This document shows positions 23,272 to 37,260 of a DNA stretch of 64,000 bases, piece by piece. Source of the DNA: Tubiluchus corallicola. Lineage: Eukaryota; Animalia; Priapulida. Numbering within the stretch: the stretch's first letter is position 1; every line of letters begins with the position of its first letter. Location: contig JAQGDQ010001055.1 of assembly GCA_030141605.1 (NCBI GenBank), positions 1 through 64,000 of the forward strand, in the 5' to 3' direction. The notes below the pieces were generated by a model. The model was given only the letters and a program-made list of their open reading frames with translations, had not been told where the DNA came from and did no database searches. The translations under genes and the position numbers were made by a program.

Positions 23272-26200
23272 TTAAAAATGATCAACAAGCACAGACACGC
23301 TGTTAGTTCCAACTCTGCCCTGAGACACGCCTTCTACGCCGGCTAGTTGTACATTCTGCCACTCGGTGGGCTGCCCAGTTGGAGTCTCGCTAGACTTGAG
23401 AGCAAAGCTCCAACTTTCCGGATTCACAGAGGCACAATGGGGTAATCGAAGTTCAACTGGTTGCTGAAACTTTAAACCATGTGGTCCACACATAACCTAG
23501 GCAAAGTAAAATGCAATTAGTTAAAGCCAAGAAATACAATTTAACAAAAATAAATGCAAAACATTTTTGCAACTCTGTTTTCAAAAGTTTTTAATATCTC
23601 ATAGATAGCTACAACTCTATACACTTTCTGACATACATTAACCTTGATGAATTCAATTCAAATTTACTGGTGGATAGAAAATGGCACTGTGCATGTGCAA
23701 AGCTTCTTGGAAGGAAACACTTTTTGTGCTTAAACAGTTTATTAGTAGACAGTATATAACAATTAAAACTTACTAATGGACTTAACAATGTTTCCCCCTT
23801 TTCTGTATCAAGTGGTGGAAGAATACTGCTATCCTGGCAGACTTTAAAATAAATTTCCTGTTTTACACCATCTGGTATGGCACCTAAATAACAACGAAAT
23901 TTAATTATGGCAGAAGTGTTTACAAGATCTTTAATCATTATATTGAAATTAGAAATGTGACAAAACATTCACAAAAAAACACTGTAGCAATGTGAAATAT
24001 AATTATTCACAAATAATGCAACTTCAACAACAAACAAACACAAAATTGTGAAAAACTGAAATGCAAAAATGCAACTCGCTCCGAAAATGAGATCTGCTAG
24101 AAAGTAACTTTAGATTCCTAAAATAACTTAGCAAGATCATGTGCATTTGAAACTGTCTGTAAAGAAGTGAAATGATACAGCTTTGTGGCTCAAATTTTGA
24201 ACTTCTACTAACTTTTCGTACAAACTATATAAAGATTTTATAAAATGTAGAACTATACTTGTCTATAATTTGTTATTAGAATTACTTAGAACAAAAGAAG
24301 TGCATAATAAAATATAGGCAAAGCTCAATGTGTATTGAAAGCAATGAGATTTGACATGTTGCATTCTGGATAATAAAATAAGTGTATACAGAGTGATTTT
24401 TACTAGTATCTATATAATTTTTCTTGCTGTTAAGAATTTACTAACTCTTCGTGGAAGCATACTAACCTTTGGGAATAACAATGCTAACACCAGTTTCTTC
24501 TGAAGCCAAAACTCCACCTGCCGAGTCGAACACACCTCGTGCAGTAGCTATGACAGTATGGTTTCCCTCAATAGGTGGAATTGAGCCTACATAAACAAAA
24601 TAAATCATAAATAATGGAGACTAGGAACACAGAGTCATTTGCTCACCTTTGACCCTAACCTACAGTACCGCCTCTTAAGGGAAAGTCCAAGCGTTATGGA
24701 AAGTTAGGCTTGTTTCAATGTTCGCAAAAAATGTTAGAAGGATTTAGTAATAAAAGTGTGATAAGCGCCTCGCGTAAATAGCAAAATCACTTTAAGTCAC
24801 GATCATTTTTTTGTTTGGCGCCTCAATTTTCAATGCCATTCTTCTTCCAATGACGTCATTCGTCCTGAAGTAGCACACTGTCAATCTTTTTCAAAAGTAT
24901 AATATGTTTTTACAAAAAAAATTAGATAGCTGACTTTACAACATTTTTGCATGAACAATATGTAAGCTGAAGAAGTTTGGATTAGTTTAAAAAGCACACG
25001 CTTATGGAAAGCTACGATACGCTTACAAAAAGTCACAAAGTCTCCAGGTTATGTTATAATTTTCAAGTGAATGGCGGTAACCACCACGCCTGAACATTTC
25101 TATTCACAGGTAGTACATTTTAAATTTATTTTTATAGGCAATTTTTTGCAAACTTCTTTGTTATATTTTTCTAAGTTTAAGAGATAACAGTAATACAAAC
25201 CAAACATACTGACTTGTTCTTTCTTTTAAGCTCAGGGACTTCCACAGTAAAAGATTCTCTAAGAAAATTTATACTAACTTGCCATGGATTGCATTTATAG
25301 TATAAACATTTGGCAAGGAACACACAGATGCATCTACACTCACACATATATTAAATAAGAATAAGCTTGAATTGCACAAACAACTTAAAAATTGAGGATT
25401 TTTCATAGGGATTTTATCTGACATCAGCCTCGGAAAAGACAAAACACGGGGATTTGTAAATCATTATTTCAAAGTCTAACTTACAAGAATAAGTTTATTT
25501 CATCAGTGGCATTATTTATAATCGTAAATCACTTGGGAAATTAAACCCTTTGTAAATATGACGATGCATGTCGCTTTCTAAACAGAAGCCTTTGTGAATA
25601 GCCTCTGGTTTTAGGTGTTTTATGATGCAGCAGAAATGTACTACTACTAAGTCAAAATGTTACTACAGTAGGTGCTGCTTAATAAACTTGCTTTGGGTTA
25701 GAAGAGTTTTGGCCGGATTAACCAACTGAAACTATTAACCGACGATTGTAGAATTACTAGTGTAGAAGTTGTAAAGTCATAAGGAATACTGGCAGATTAC
25801 TGCTGCACCATAATGGCAACAGTTTATTGATTAAGTGTTCTGTGAAAAGCAACAAGGGCTTCAAAAGCAAACCATTAGGTATGTGATTAAAAGTTTAGTT
25901 TCCATAAATTCTTGGGCAACAAGGCTCATTGCACTGGTCAGAGGAGTGGGTGACAGACCATTCAAAGCAAAAATGCTATGCTAGCATATTAGCGTGTGAT
26001 AAACATTCCAACTTACAAACAAAGCTGTACTTAACATGATTGTTTCTGCACACATTATAATGCACAAAAGTGAATAAAAAATGACATGAAATTAGTAAAA
26101 ACTCTTTGACCATTTTGAGTACTTGAAGCAAAAACAGTGAGTCAATTATGTGCAGTAATTCAAGTCAACTGTCGACAATGTTTGTATACATGTGAATAGG

Positions 26201-29200
26201 AGTGGCCCATGCCAGATGTTTTTGAGTCAATTAATGAACTGACTGTATTATCAGCAAATCAAATTCACGGTGCCTATACTGTATTTCAAATACGTTAACA
26301 TTATAAAACAGAAAAAGTACACCACTAATAAGAATTAATCCAGCATGAGGCCCAAATACTACTCAAAACTGTACGTGTTCCAAGCCCATTACCTGCATGT
26401 ATGGAAGTTGCTGGAGGAACAGTCACCGGTTTGGGGGGCTTTGGTGGTGGGACAGGCGGCACTGGTCGCCCCGGGTCTTTAACTCCATTTGTTTTGCTGT
26501 AAGGTTCAAAAGCACTTCTTCTGGGCTGGGATGCAGTTGTTGAGTTGACTGAAGGCGAATCTGAGGTAACAGGAGGCTGAAAATATTAGACCACAAAGTT
26601 AAACTAACAGGCCAAATTAATACTTTTTAATATTTTAAATACTGAATAGTAAAGTAAGTAAGTAAGTATCTTTATTTGTCACCTTTTTACAGAAAAAACC
26701 CAGTGCATAAAACAATATGATACAACGTAACAGAATTATTATGATGATTAGTATATTCAAGATATGGTTTTAAACTGACTGGCGAAAGGGTAGCGAAGAA
26801 CTAAATGTTAATAAGGTCAACCACTCTGAAGTAGCTGATTTTATAAAAAATACCACAGTTGCTACCATTTGAACTTTTCCACACTATGATATATTGACAA
26901 ACCCACCTTGTTAGGTTCTGTCTCACTGCCTGATGATACCTCCTTGGTGGCATTTGGTTTGGCTTCCTTACTTGGTGGTGTTTTAATCTCTTTGATGGGT
27001 CGGACATCTTTGTTTGGAGTAGGTTTCGCATAAACATCTCCAAGTCTTGGTTGTGTTGGTATTGCTTCGCTAGATGCCGTAGTGCTAGTGGAGGTGGTAC
27101 TTGTCGAATTAGTTGCGCTAGTTGTCGCTGTAGTCACTGGTGTCTCTTTTTTCAGCAACTGGTTGTAAGCCTCTAGAGGTCCCTGGTATGAACGAGTCAT
27201 GGCTTCTAATGGAAGGTTTTCCCTAATGACATCATTTTCCTGGTCCTTCTGTGGCCGAGTCGGTATTCGATACCTAGGCGGGATACCAGCTGCACGTTCT
27301 GCGCTACCAGGACGGCCATCAGCAGCTCCATCTTTAGAGCTAGTAAGTATACCATATCGATTTCTGTAATAAGAAGGGCTATGATACTTAGGGGGTTCAG
27401 GATACCGAGGCGTGTCCTGACTTGGCTCATCGCTGGTTGGCAGACCTTTTCCATCAGGGTCCTTTTGTGGAGTTCCTCTCAACACCTGATATTTCGGTCT
27501 ACTGGGACTTTCAGAATTAGATAATTTCCTAGCTGGAGATGTTTGCGTAGCATGTTCAGCACCAACTGCCGTGCGTTTATCACGGTCAGAATATCGGAAG
27601 CGGGATGACATCTCGGTAAGTTTCGCTTTGTCTACACTAACGGGTTTCACAGGAATTGCAGTACTGCGTGTGTATCGATATGGATCGTGGGATCCACCAT
27701 CTTTTCCATCAGGTGACAGTTTTTCCGCATCGGTACGTGAAGCGCTGCTGTACATGTGCTGTGATTTCAAGTCGTCGTGTGCATTGACAGGATGCTGGTG
27801 TAGATATTTGCTGAGATTCTCTCTGAAATCTGCTCCTTGTTCTCGCTCTGGCTGATCAAGCTTCTGTGGTGACACCTGTAGTTGATCCCCAGAATCAGTT
27901 GGATACCTAGAAACAAAGCATTTTGATTTTTTAGATAAGACAGATAAGCTATTTTAAATAAACTAAAGATTGTTCTTCGTTTATTAAGAGACACAGTCAG
28001 GTGAACAAAAACCCATTACTATGTCCCGACTTATATACTTCATTTGAAAAATCAGCTTATAATAGTAGTGAAAGAAATCACTAACACTTAGAGGAGCAAC
28101 CTATACTTGTTTTACTATTATTCTCCAAAAACTTTCAGCAAGTGACGCCATCATAAAGGAACAGAAATAGCCAACTACGATTCAAGAAAACATCAAAAAA
28201 TAAAAAAATGGTGGTGTAAGTCAAGCAAAAATAAATTATTTTACAGTGAATAAATCCAGGAATTGACCGAACAATTATATATATATATATATATATATAT
28301 AATACCTTTGACTTGCATCCGCTGTTACTCCATACATCCAGTTCTGTGGGATCCGACGATCTGGCTTATTGCCCCTGTCAATTATCGGGATAAGCGGCTG
28401 CCCATTTCCACCTATCCGTTGCAGATATCCACTGTGTACCACAGCATCTTGACTAGGTCTGCTGTGTTTATGTCTACCGTGTGACAGTGTTGCGTAGGCC
28501 TCAACGGACGTATGAACCGGACGCTGATCCCCATAATATGAAGAGTAATACCTCTCTTCTCCAGGTACCGGCATAACAGGTACAGCTCCGTGTTGCCTTC
28601 GCTCATTCTCATAGAACCTGCTCTTACTTTGATCCATAGCATCTTCTGGTGGAATGTTGTATCCAGGTGCTTCGTTTACATTCGTGTCTGAAGAAGCTCT
28701 GGATATTTTCGGCTGCGAAGTCCGAAAAGAGTCCCATATCGACGGCCGCATTCCGGAGCCTTCCGTATCTGAGCCAATGTCCATGTCGCTTTCTGCGCCA
28801 CCGGAAGTGTAGCTCATGCGCGATGTCATCGGAAACAGGAAATAATCATCCAAATTATCCTCCAGTTTTACGTCGGACATCCATATGGGCTGCTCTTGCT
28901 GACGGTCAATCGTGTCCAGCAACTTCTGATACCAGAGGTCGTTGTTGGTCAACTGCACAGTGGCAGTGAAAAGGTGTGAATACATCTTTTCCAGTTTTAA
29001 TCCGGTTTCAAACAGCTTTCGCGAACTCTTAGCGGCCGACTTGTTGTGTTTCATTCGCAACGCCTTCACTTGATTTTTGCTGTCGGCACGAGTGAAAATG
29101 ACTATAGGATAATACTGAGCATAGTTAAGACGATCCACAGCATTCGGTGTAATATCAACCACAGCATGTTTTGCTGTCTCTATAATTTCGCGTATTGCTC

Positions 29201-32200
29201 CTAATCGAACAATGCCGGCTTTCAAACTGACCTTGCCATCGTGGCCTTCGCTCACTTCCACTTGAGGCGACTCAAACTTGTCTGGCATTTCACTGAGAAG
29301 CCGATCGCGAACTACATCAGCCACTGGTCCAAAGATGACCACCGGCCGTACAAATCCAGGATACTTCCACTTAATCTTTTCGTATGCCGGAAACTTGGAG
29401 CCAGAGTTTGAAAATACGATTTCATCCCAATGATCGCGATTCAAAGATTTAGACCTAAAAATAAGGAAACATTTAACATACATCACCACATTTTTCAACA
29501 AAATTTCCTGCATTATATACAAATCCCTTTAACTCATTTTAATTGAAAATCCGTCTTACTGCTACAGAAGTCCTGACGATAAAAAGAAATCTGAAATTAT
29601 GCAAAACTTTCATGATCACGACAAGAAAAAATTGGATCATGACGAAAATCAACCTGCTAAAATGTTACAGCTAGTGTGGACCCAATGCCTTAGAATTTGA
29701 TGAACAGATTTCAATTTTTAAGAAATCAACATAGTGTAATTACACATTGCTCAAACTTAACCGAAATGCTAGTCCATTGAAATAGCTAAAATAATAGTCA
29801 AAATTAGTATGTACATTTGTCTTTGGCTGACAGCCAACATGTTGCCTCATTTGCTGCAAGTCGTTTTGAAAATCTGTAACATGATACTAAGCTTGACAGG
29901 ACAAGCCAAAGGGTACCTGAAGTAGGTTTCAGAAAAATCGCCTAAAAAATTATATTACTTTATAGCAATTTTATGAGTATATCGTACTCGGGTTCAGAGA
30001 TTTTCTGTTTGTTTTCATTTTAAATCTCCGGTGAAACTTCTGAAGTCACTATGGAAATGTAAATCAGGGGAGAAAAGAAAATGTTAAAATATTTCCCAAA
30101 AAAACTTTCCATGCAAGGTTATTGTATTTATCATTTTGCTTACCTGCTTGAAAGACTTATGTAATTAAAAAAGAAATTATTAATTATTTAAAATGCTTTC
30201 ACCAATTGATAAAATGTCGCTGACTCACCCTCCAGTGTTCATCACTCACTAACCAAAAACGTATTCTTAATCTTATTGACGAAATACAGTAATTTAGAAT
30301 TTTACTTAGTTAGTGACTTGTGCACTACGAATGCTCTGATTATCTTTTCAAACTTTACACAGTGTTATCTAAACTTGTTTTGAATAACCTGTCGTCAAAA
30401 TGGCTGCGTTTAACGGTCATCGCGGGAGTTTAAATTTACATGTTTTGTCCAGCATTACTGCTGGTGCAAGTCTGGCATGAAAAAAGGTAGTATGCAAGTA
30501 GTATAAAATTTCAAGACGAATTTTCTAAGCTATATGTAAGTAGAAGGTTTGCTTGTGCTTTACCACTAGTTATATCTATCTACTAACATTTGCAGCTTGC
30601 TTTACAGTTTGACGACTTGCTACTACATTTTGATAAACTGAAGTTTTGTAAAAGATTAAAACACTTCATTCGCTACTTGACTAAAGTTAATGAAGATTAG
30701 TGTACTTATTAGTAAGTGACAAAGAGATAATCACAGATTAAGGTAAAGAAACACATAGTGTAATAGAAGACTGTACTGTGAAAATGTACTTAGACATACC
30801 GTCGTGCACTTTTTCTTCGGAAGAAAGTTCCTCTTCCAGAGTTTTTTGAACCACTCCTCCCTTCTCTATTACCAGCTGCCAGGGCTAGCTGCTCTGCACG
30901 ACTTTTGTTGGGAATTATTCCTGACTGAGTTTCTTGATTATTTCTTCCTATTCTGGCTGCTTCCCAGGCTCCAACAACTCCGTTATGAAGAGTATCTTTG
31001 ATATGGAAGATGTCTCCAACACGGAAACTAAGCTCTCCTACAAAGACGGTCAGAAATTATTCTACAACTAAAATAAGCCTACATACGAGTAAGTGATAAA
31101 CCAGTAACATTTAGCCAAATGGTAAACATGGTATCAGTGCAAGTATTAAAAGTTTCTGGTATCTCATTAATATTAAACCTACATATACACACTTCTTAAG
31201 TTCATTTAGCCATTTCCTTTCAGACTTTCACATTAATACATAATGCAGACATACATCAGTGAATAATGACAAAGGCGAACTACCATAGGACAATATTTCA
31301 AAACTTCATAGCACATGCAGATGTATATCTATTGCATTATACAGATTGATTCATAAAGCATTTAAGTTACACACAATATTATGGCGCGTTCAGACTAGCA
31401 AGTTTTCTGTCACGAGGTTTCTCTCTGATAGCAAACTCACAAGTGTGAGCTGCTTCACGAGTTACTGTCAGCAAATTATTACAAATTCTCCAACAGTTGC
31501 CATGAACGTTTCGGAGAGTAACTCTCAACATTTCTTGCAACGTATAGAGAAAGGAACGTCAGTTCATGTTTATTGCCAGAGAGCAACTCGCAGCAAGTTT
31601 TGCTCTCTAATCTGAACACAATTACGAGTTACTGGCAATTTACTTGGCTAGTTTACTTGACAAGAAAATGCGCTAGTCAGAACTCGTCGTAAGACACTAG
31701 GGACACATTTAAGTATCATATTCACCAATAGAAGCTAATTCTAAAAGTAAAAATGCCATAATTTATTAAAAAAATTTTACGACTTTCTGTCCTGAAGAGA
31801 GTATTTGAGTAGCATAAGTACGACAATCAAAGAACATAAAAATTTCCTTATTTATTGAAGTACGCTACCTTTGTCTCCCTCGTAGTTAAAATGTGTACGT
31901 ATGTAGAAGCTGTCACGTAGCTGAGTAGCCACAATTCTCTCGTACTCATCACGTCGGTACTGGACAATAAGATCGATTTGGTCCTGCACTTGTAAGCTCA
32001 AGAGAAACATGACCGCATCTTCGCGAGTCACATTTTCCATAGAGCGGTCATTTACCTACATGAAACACAAGCCCTTAGACAATGACGTAGCATGGGGTGT
32101 GCAGATGGCATGTCTTTCGGGAGAGGAATGCCAATTTTAACCAAAGTACGGGACAAACAAATCGGTCAAAACTAATGCACTTAGAACAACCAATGTGCAA

Positions 32201-34990
32201 TTATCTCCTCAGTAATAAGAAAAATGAAATATTACCTGGTTTTATTTTAAAGCTTTAGCCCTAATTAGATCTATATGATTATTTCAACAATATCTAACAA
32301 AAGAAAAAACCATTCATACTCTGCAGAACAACCATTAAACAAAAGGCTAAGAAACTGGAAACAAAATGTCATTTTAAAGCCTTCCCAAACAGAGATTTAA
32401 TGAGGACGAGATTTGATTTTAAAAATCACATAATATTATTTGGCTTCCTATAATCCTGAAAAATCCACAATTTTAAAACTTTAAGCATGTTTTTGGTGTA
32501 CTACATTAAAGATCAAGTCATTTTTGTACTTAATTCTGCAAAATTTACTTTTATCAAGACGATTGTAATAAACTGAAATTTTCTCAACTTTTAGTCCTCT
32601 TTGAGTTATTATATCATTCACAGTGAACTGAAAGTTAATTTCAAGCACACATTAAGACTTAGGTGAACCACAGACTCTTCAAAGCAGATGCACTTATTTT
32701 AATAAGCAAATACACATATAAAAATTAAAAATTCAATTACCTTTAAAATTTTGTCACCAGGTCTAAGGCCTGCAAGAGCTGCAGGAGACCGAGGCTGTAC
32801 AGCTGCTACAAATATCCCGACCTCATTCCCGCCAGTCAGTCTAATTCCCACATTGCCTTCCTTCCTAAAAGACACAAACCTGGGATCCGGAGGCATCCTG
32901 TGTGCGACATTGCTATAATACCCTTCCATGACTACAGGCGCAGGAGCATTGGGTGTAATAACACGAGCATGGGGTAACGGAACCATATGTCCATTTGGGG
33001 TGTGACCAGAAGACGGTAGATGCACGCGAGGCTCAGTGCTCTCTTCCTCTGATGACCGAACTTGTTGAGGGCTGACACCTCCTCCATCTAATGCAGGTGC
33101 TGAAGACTCATACACTGGGTTGCGATTACGACTAGGTAGCCTTTGAAGGGTATCGATGTTACTCGACTTAGGAGGAGTACTTTGCGGTAGCGGCAATCGT
33201 CCGTAACCATAATCGCTGGGAGGTAACGGCGCCCCAACCGAACCAGCACCCAGCGAAGCACGACTGCGTGAACGTCCCCTGTGTACACTACGAGATATCA
33301 ACAGATTTAACTTATCTTTAGTTTTATCAACTGCTTTCTGAGCATCGGTCAGCGATAATGTGTCAACGGACGTGCCGTTAATTTTCACGATATAATCACC
33401 TTCTTTCACAGAACCTTCATTAGCTGCCACACTATCACCTATAATTTCTTTAACATACACCTTGCAACCTAACACAATTCCAAACTCGTCCTTTTTCTTA
33501 GACTTCGACAAAGTTATCTTGCGCACGAGCTGTTCAAGATCGCCAACTGGTGGCAAAACTTTTCGCTTTATCGTCAGTGACACAGTATTGCCACTTTCCA
33601 TCAGCACACGTATAGCCGTAGTATTATCTATGTTCTCCAGCATCACACCATTAGCACTGATAATGCGATCATTAATTTGCAACTTGCCTTCAGCTGGACC
33701 GGCATGCAAAACGTCGGATATTGCAATTGAAGGATCGCCACTAGCGAAATGTGGATTATCAGTTCCACCACTCACAGCAATTCCGAATCCGAACCCCGGT
33801 ACGCGTGTCAGTGTCACATTATGCACCTCCCAGTAAAACCGATCTCCCAGTTCGTCAATTTCATAGCTAACAGGCCTGTAAAATCAAACAATAACAGCAT
33901 AAAAACAGTACAATATATAAAAGCTAAAAACCTAGCTGTGAATTTATAATTATGTGTTATATGATTAATGCAAGACAATTTATTAAACCAATTTAATAGA
34001 CAAGGTATTGCATATGTTTTGTCAGTTTTTATGGGCAGAAAACAGAAAACAATATAATTATTGGAGGCTAAAACTGCATTTTGTCTGTCGTTAATTTTTG
34101 CCAAAAACGTTAAGAAGTAAACCTAAGCGTTAGTCATCGTTAATTCAAAAAATGAAGTACAAACTCCTTACCCATCCTTCCATGAGCCGGTTCCGGATTC
34201 TTCGCACTGGCTTCTGTTATCTTTTGCCCAGTAACCTCTTGCTGAGCCATCATTAAAAGACCTACGAAAGAAATTAACCTGATCAATATAAAATATTACT
34301 AGAGCAGACAAACTTCAAAAAACATAACAAAAACGATTAATATTACTGAATAACATTTTATGCAAATTACAGTAACATATTTAATACTTTGTTGTTGGGA
34401 AAATTTGTTTATAATTGTATAGCCAAGAGGAATTTAAAAGACTGTAAAAATGTACAAAATAATAAGCTACATTTAAGTAAACAAACTTTATGGAACCTTA
34501 AGAATGCAATATAGTGTAGGAAGCACACTGTACTTTCTCTTGCATTGAAACATTACAACGTATCTCATTTTTTACACTTAAAGACAGATGTTTGCCCAAC
34601 ATACTACTACATAACAGTGCATGACCGTAGCACATTTTTTAAAGTAGCACAGCTTGGTTTCTAGTTTGAACTTAAAACTTTTTATCCTTGAAAAACAAAA
34701 TTAAGAGCCCTATTTATAAACAACATAAATAGAGTAAATGTTAATTACATAATAATAAAAACAAACCTGGATCGATTAATATCTGCCATGTTATTACTAA
34801 ATTTTGGTGACCCAGCAGCAGACAGGACTGACTCAATGGTCGTGGCATTGACTGGAGAGTATTGTTGTTGTTGCTGTTGCTGCTGCGGTGGTGCACCACT
34901 GTCATAGGTAAAAGATGCATTTCCAGATTCCGATTCTGGCGGCAAGGAATTGATGCCTGGCATGCTACCGTCTTGGTTTGGCAGTGACAT
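23272..34990 (-). CDS. TJP1: Tight junction protein ZO-1 / Polychaetoid homologue (PDZ1-PDZ2-PDZ3-SH3-GuK-ZU5), about 1553 aa, 11 coding exons
   Basis: Exons in transcript order: 34990-34767, 34261-34172, 33875-32741, 32055-31869, 31037-30800, 29454-28306, 27906-26907, 26576-26393, 24586-24467, 23883-23774, 23496-23272. All are GT-AG with consistent phases, totalling 4662 nt. Motifs: PDZ1 [20 protein letters not shown]3 [18 protein letters not shown]3 [26 protein letters not shown], Gu[14 protein letters not shown]5 [25 protein letters not shown]-terminus VSVLVDHF. The two most 5' exons are less certain. Confidence 0.93.
26651..26790 (-). mobile_element. Short LINE 3'-end fragment with (TTAC)n tail
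   Basis: Minus strand ends GACAAATAAAGAT-ACTTACTTACTTAC, similar to the GGCAAATAAAGAT-tail end of the large LINE. Confidence 0.35.
28276..28301. repeat. (TA)n microsatellite beside a ZO-1 splice donor
   Basis: Directly visible, a few nt inside the intron. Confidence 0.9.
31383..31688. mobile_element. PIF/Harbinger-like MITE, copy 2 (inverted relative to copy 1)
   Basis: Termini GGCGCGTTCAGACTA and TAGTCAGAACTCGTC. Internal blocks AGCAAACTCACAAGTGTGA and CAAGTTTTGCTCTCTA match 16396-16714 in reverse complement. Confidence 0.7.
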
Positions 34991-35971
34991 CTTTTGGTCA
35001 CAATTCAAGCAACTTCATTTTCAACAAGCCGATAACACCCTGTAATTGCAAAAATAAAAGTTTAAAATACTTCACGTCACGCAAGCCTATGTTATTATTT
35101 CAGTTAGACATTGACAACATACAGACACTAATAATGATTTATTTTCTCTTTTCTTAAGTAAACACAAAAGTACAGATTTTTACACGTTTGAAAAGCAAAC
35201 ATTTTTGGACTAATGTCACATGGCTGGGCACCAAATAAATACAGTAAAGTAAATTTATTGATATTACGAAGCATTTAAACAACAAGCGAGAATATTTATT
35301 GCTCCATAATACAATGACTCCTGTACAACAGTAGACCATTATACATCTGCAGTCATCCAATACTTTTAATTTTACAGAGCAGGTAATAAGATTTCACGGA
35401 AGATCTTAAAATTTAAATAATTTCTCTCCCATTGACACTTTACACGTTGATATTTTGTCATTGAAAAGCCGTGAACAATTTTGTACAAAAAGTTCATCAA
35501 AACTTCAGCCCGAAGGTTACACTGGAGACCCACGACTACCAACCACCCCTCGGTTTGTCAGAGTTCACTGGTCCAAGATGGTCGCCTGACTGCCTGGACG
35601 CGTTGGAGATGCGATTTATTATTCAAAATAACAAGTTTTTAAGAGTAAAGTACACGCTGCCTGACGCTGTGCCTGCAGGCGTTAAGGGGCCATTTGGTTT
35701 ACTATAGTAGTAGTACTCCTGCACGCTGAGTTCTCAGCCAGTGCGCACAACAACTGTTTTTGAACTTACAAACGGCTGAAAAAGTCGAGATACTGAAAAC
35801 GCTTACTAAGATGCTACCTTAATTTTATGTTTCTTTTAATGATAGTTTTGAATATAGTTACTACCTGATTATTATTTTATTATGTTATAGAATCATAAAA
35901 GCAGTTGTTGTAATGAAATTGCATGAATGATATGCATACGTCTGTATATATGTATATATTTGCAAATAACC

Positions 35972-36045
35972 GAGGGGCTCCTTGGAAAGCAGTCCTAAGC
36001 ACTGAAGGAGCTACCCTCATAAAAGATTACTATAATAAATAAATA
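35972..36045 (+). mobile_element. 3'-terminal stem-loop and (TAAA)n tail of a CR1/L2-type LINE or SINE
   Basis: Nested pairing GAGGG/CCCTC, GCTCCTT/AAGGAGC and CAGT/ACTG, followed by ATAAAAGATTAC and TAATAAATAAATA. Confidence 0.55.
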
Positions 36046-36879
36046 CACCACATAGAGCTAACACAGATCTGGGAGCGCTTTAATTCGTCATTAAGCAGAC
36101 AAAATTGTTCTTGCTAGAAACAAGTTTACGAAAAACTTGAAGACTGATAAATGATTTCACACTTCGCATAATCTTAAAAAAGGTACAGAAATGATTATGG
36201 AGAAATATCTACCATCATTCCTTTTAGTTACTGCATAGCAACCTCTTGGACAGCGAAGTACAAACGACCAAAATATTTAATGTTAACCCCATTAATCTTT
36301 CTATCTGTTGTCATGGCTCATGAAAAATTAACAGGTAAAAAGAGAAAACGTGTCTAAAGGCAGACCTTCCTACCTTCGTCTGTAATGACGATAGTAATGA
36401 CAAAAACGACGACAACGATAATAGACCAGAAAACTAAGAATGTCCATAAGGAAAGGCGATCATGTCAAAAAAATTATTAAACTGAACATGAAAATGACAG
36501 AACTGAAGGATCAGCCTCTTCTTTCAAAATAGACAGTCTAAAATTAAGAGTACTTTAATTGCGAGAACAGTGGAAGGAAATGTAAACGATAAAAAACCTT
36601 GAGTATATTTTTAAACCAGTCGAGTTTCGTAACATCTTAAGACAATGGTTGATCTACATAAATTGTAGAATGCATCCGTTTGCTTTCTTCGAAATTTTTA
36701 AAATCTGGGTCACAAACTGCGGAAGTTATACTTTGGCTCACAGTTAAAAGCTTTTCAAATCAAACCGACAGTTTTGATCAAATCCAAAAATGCCTTTCTA
36801 ATGATGACAATGACTCCAAGATCATGGTACGCATGAATGAAAAGGCAACAACAGCAAAACAAAACAACACTGACCGTAA

Positions 36880-37260
36880 AATAGAATAGCAAAGCAGTGC
36901 CTTTGTGTTAGACAAAGAGAACCTGCTCACTGCTTAGCCTTAGATAAACATGATCAAAGGAAATGGAGCCTATTACAGAAGGATATGATGATATGCATTA
37001 AATGGTGACAATATTACAAACGTAGTTGGTGAACAGCAGTAAATAAGATAGTACTGAAGTCTACAGGAAGCCTACAGTCCGAAACAGTTAAAATATTCCA
37101 CAACAGAGAAATCGGGAAAGCAAACAGAAGGTTTGAAAAAAACTGGGTGAAGCAAACAAATTAAGAAAATTTGGTGTCATGTACTCACGCGCCTTACCAC
37201 CTGTATCCTACAGCAAGCTCTGCAGAACAGCAGAAAGACTGGATGAGAATTACGATTAGT
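36880..37260 (+). mobile_element. Possible highly decayed RTE-type LINE fossil
   Basis: Scattered translated patches (VRQ, NGDNITN, STGSLQ, AEQQKDWMRI) occur in the order expected for RTE RT and C-terminus. Weak; recognised by eye only. Confidence 0.25.

Noticed and set aside
24675-25250. Possible TTAA-flanked (Kolobok-like) MITE starting GGGAAAGTCC
   Set aside because: The right-hand inverted match is short and gapped, with no TTAA at that end.
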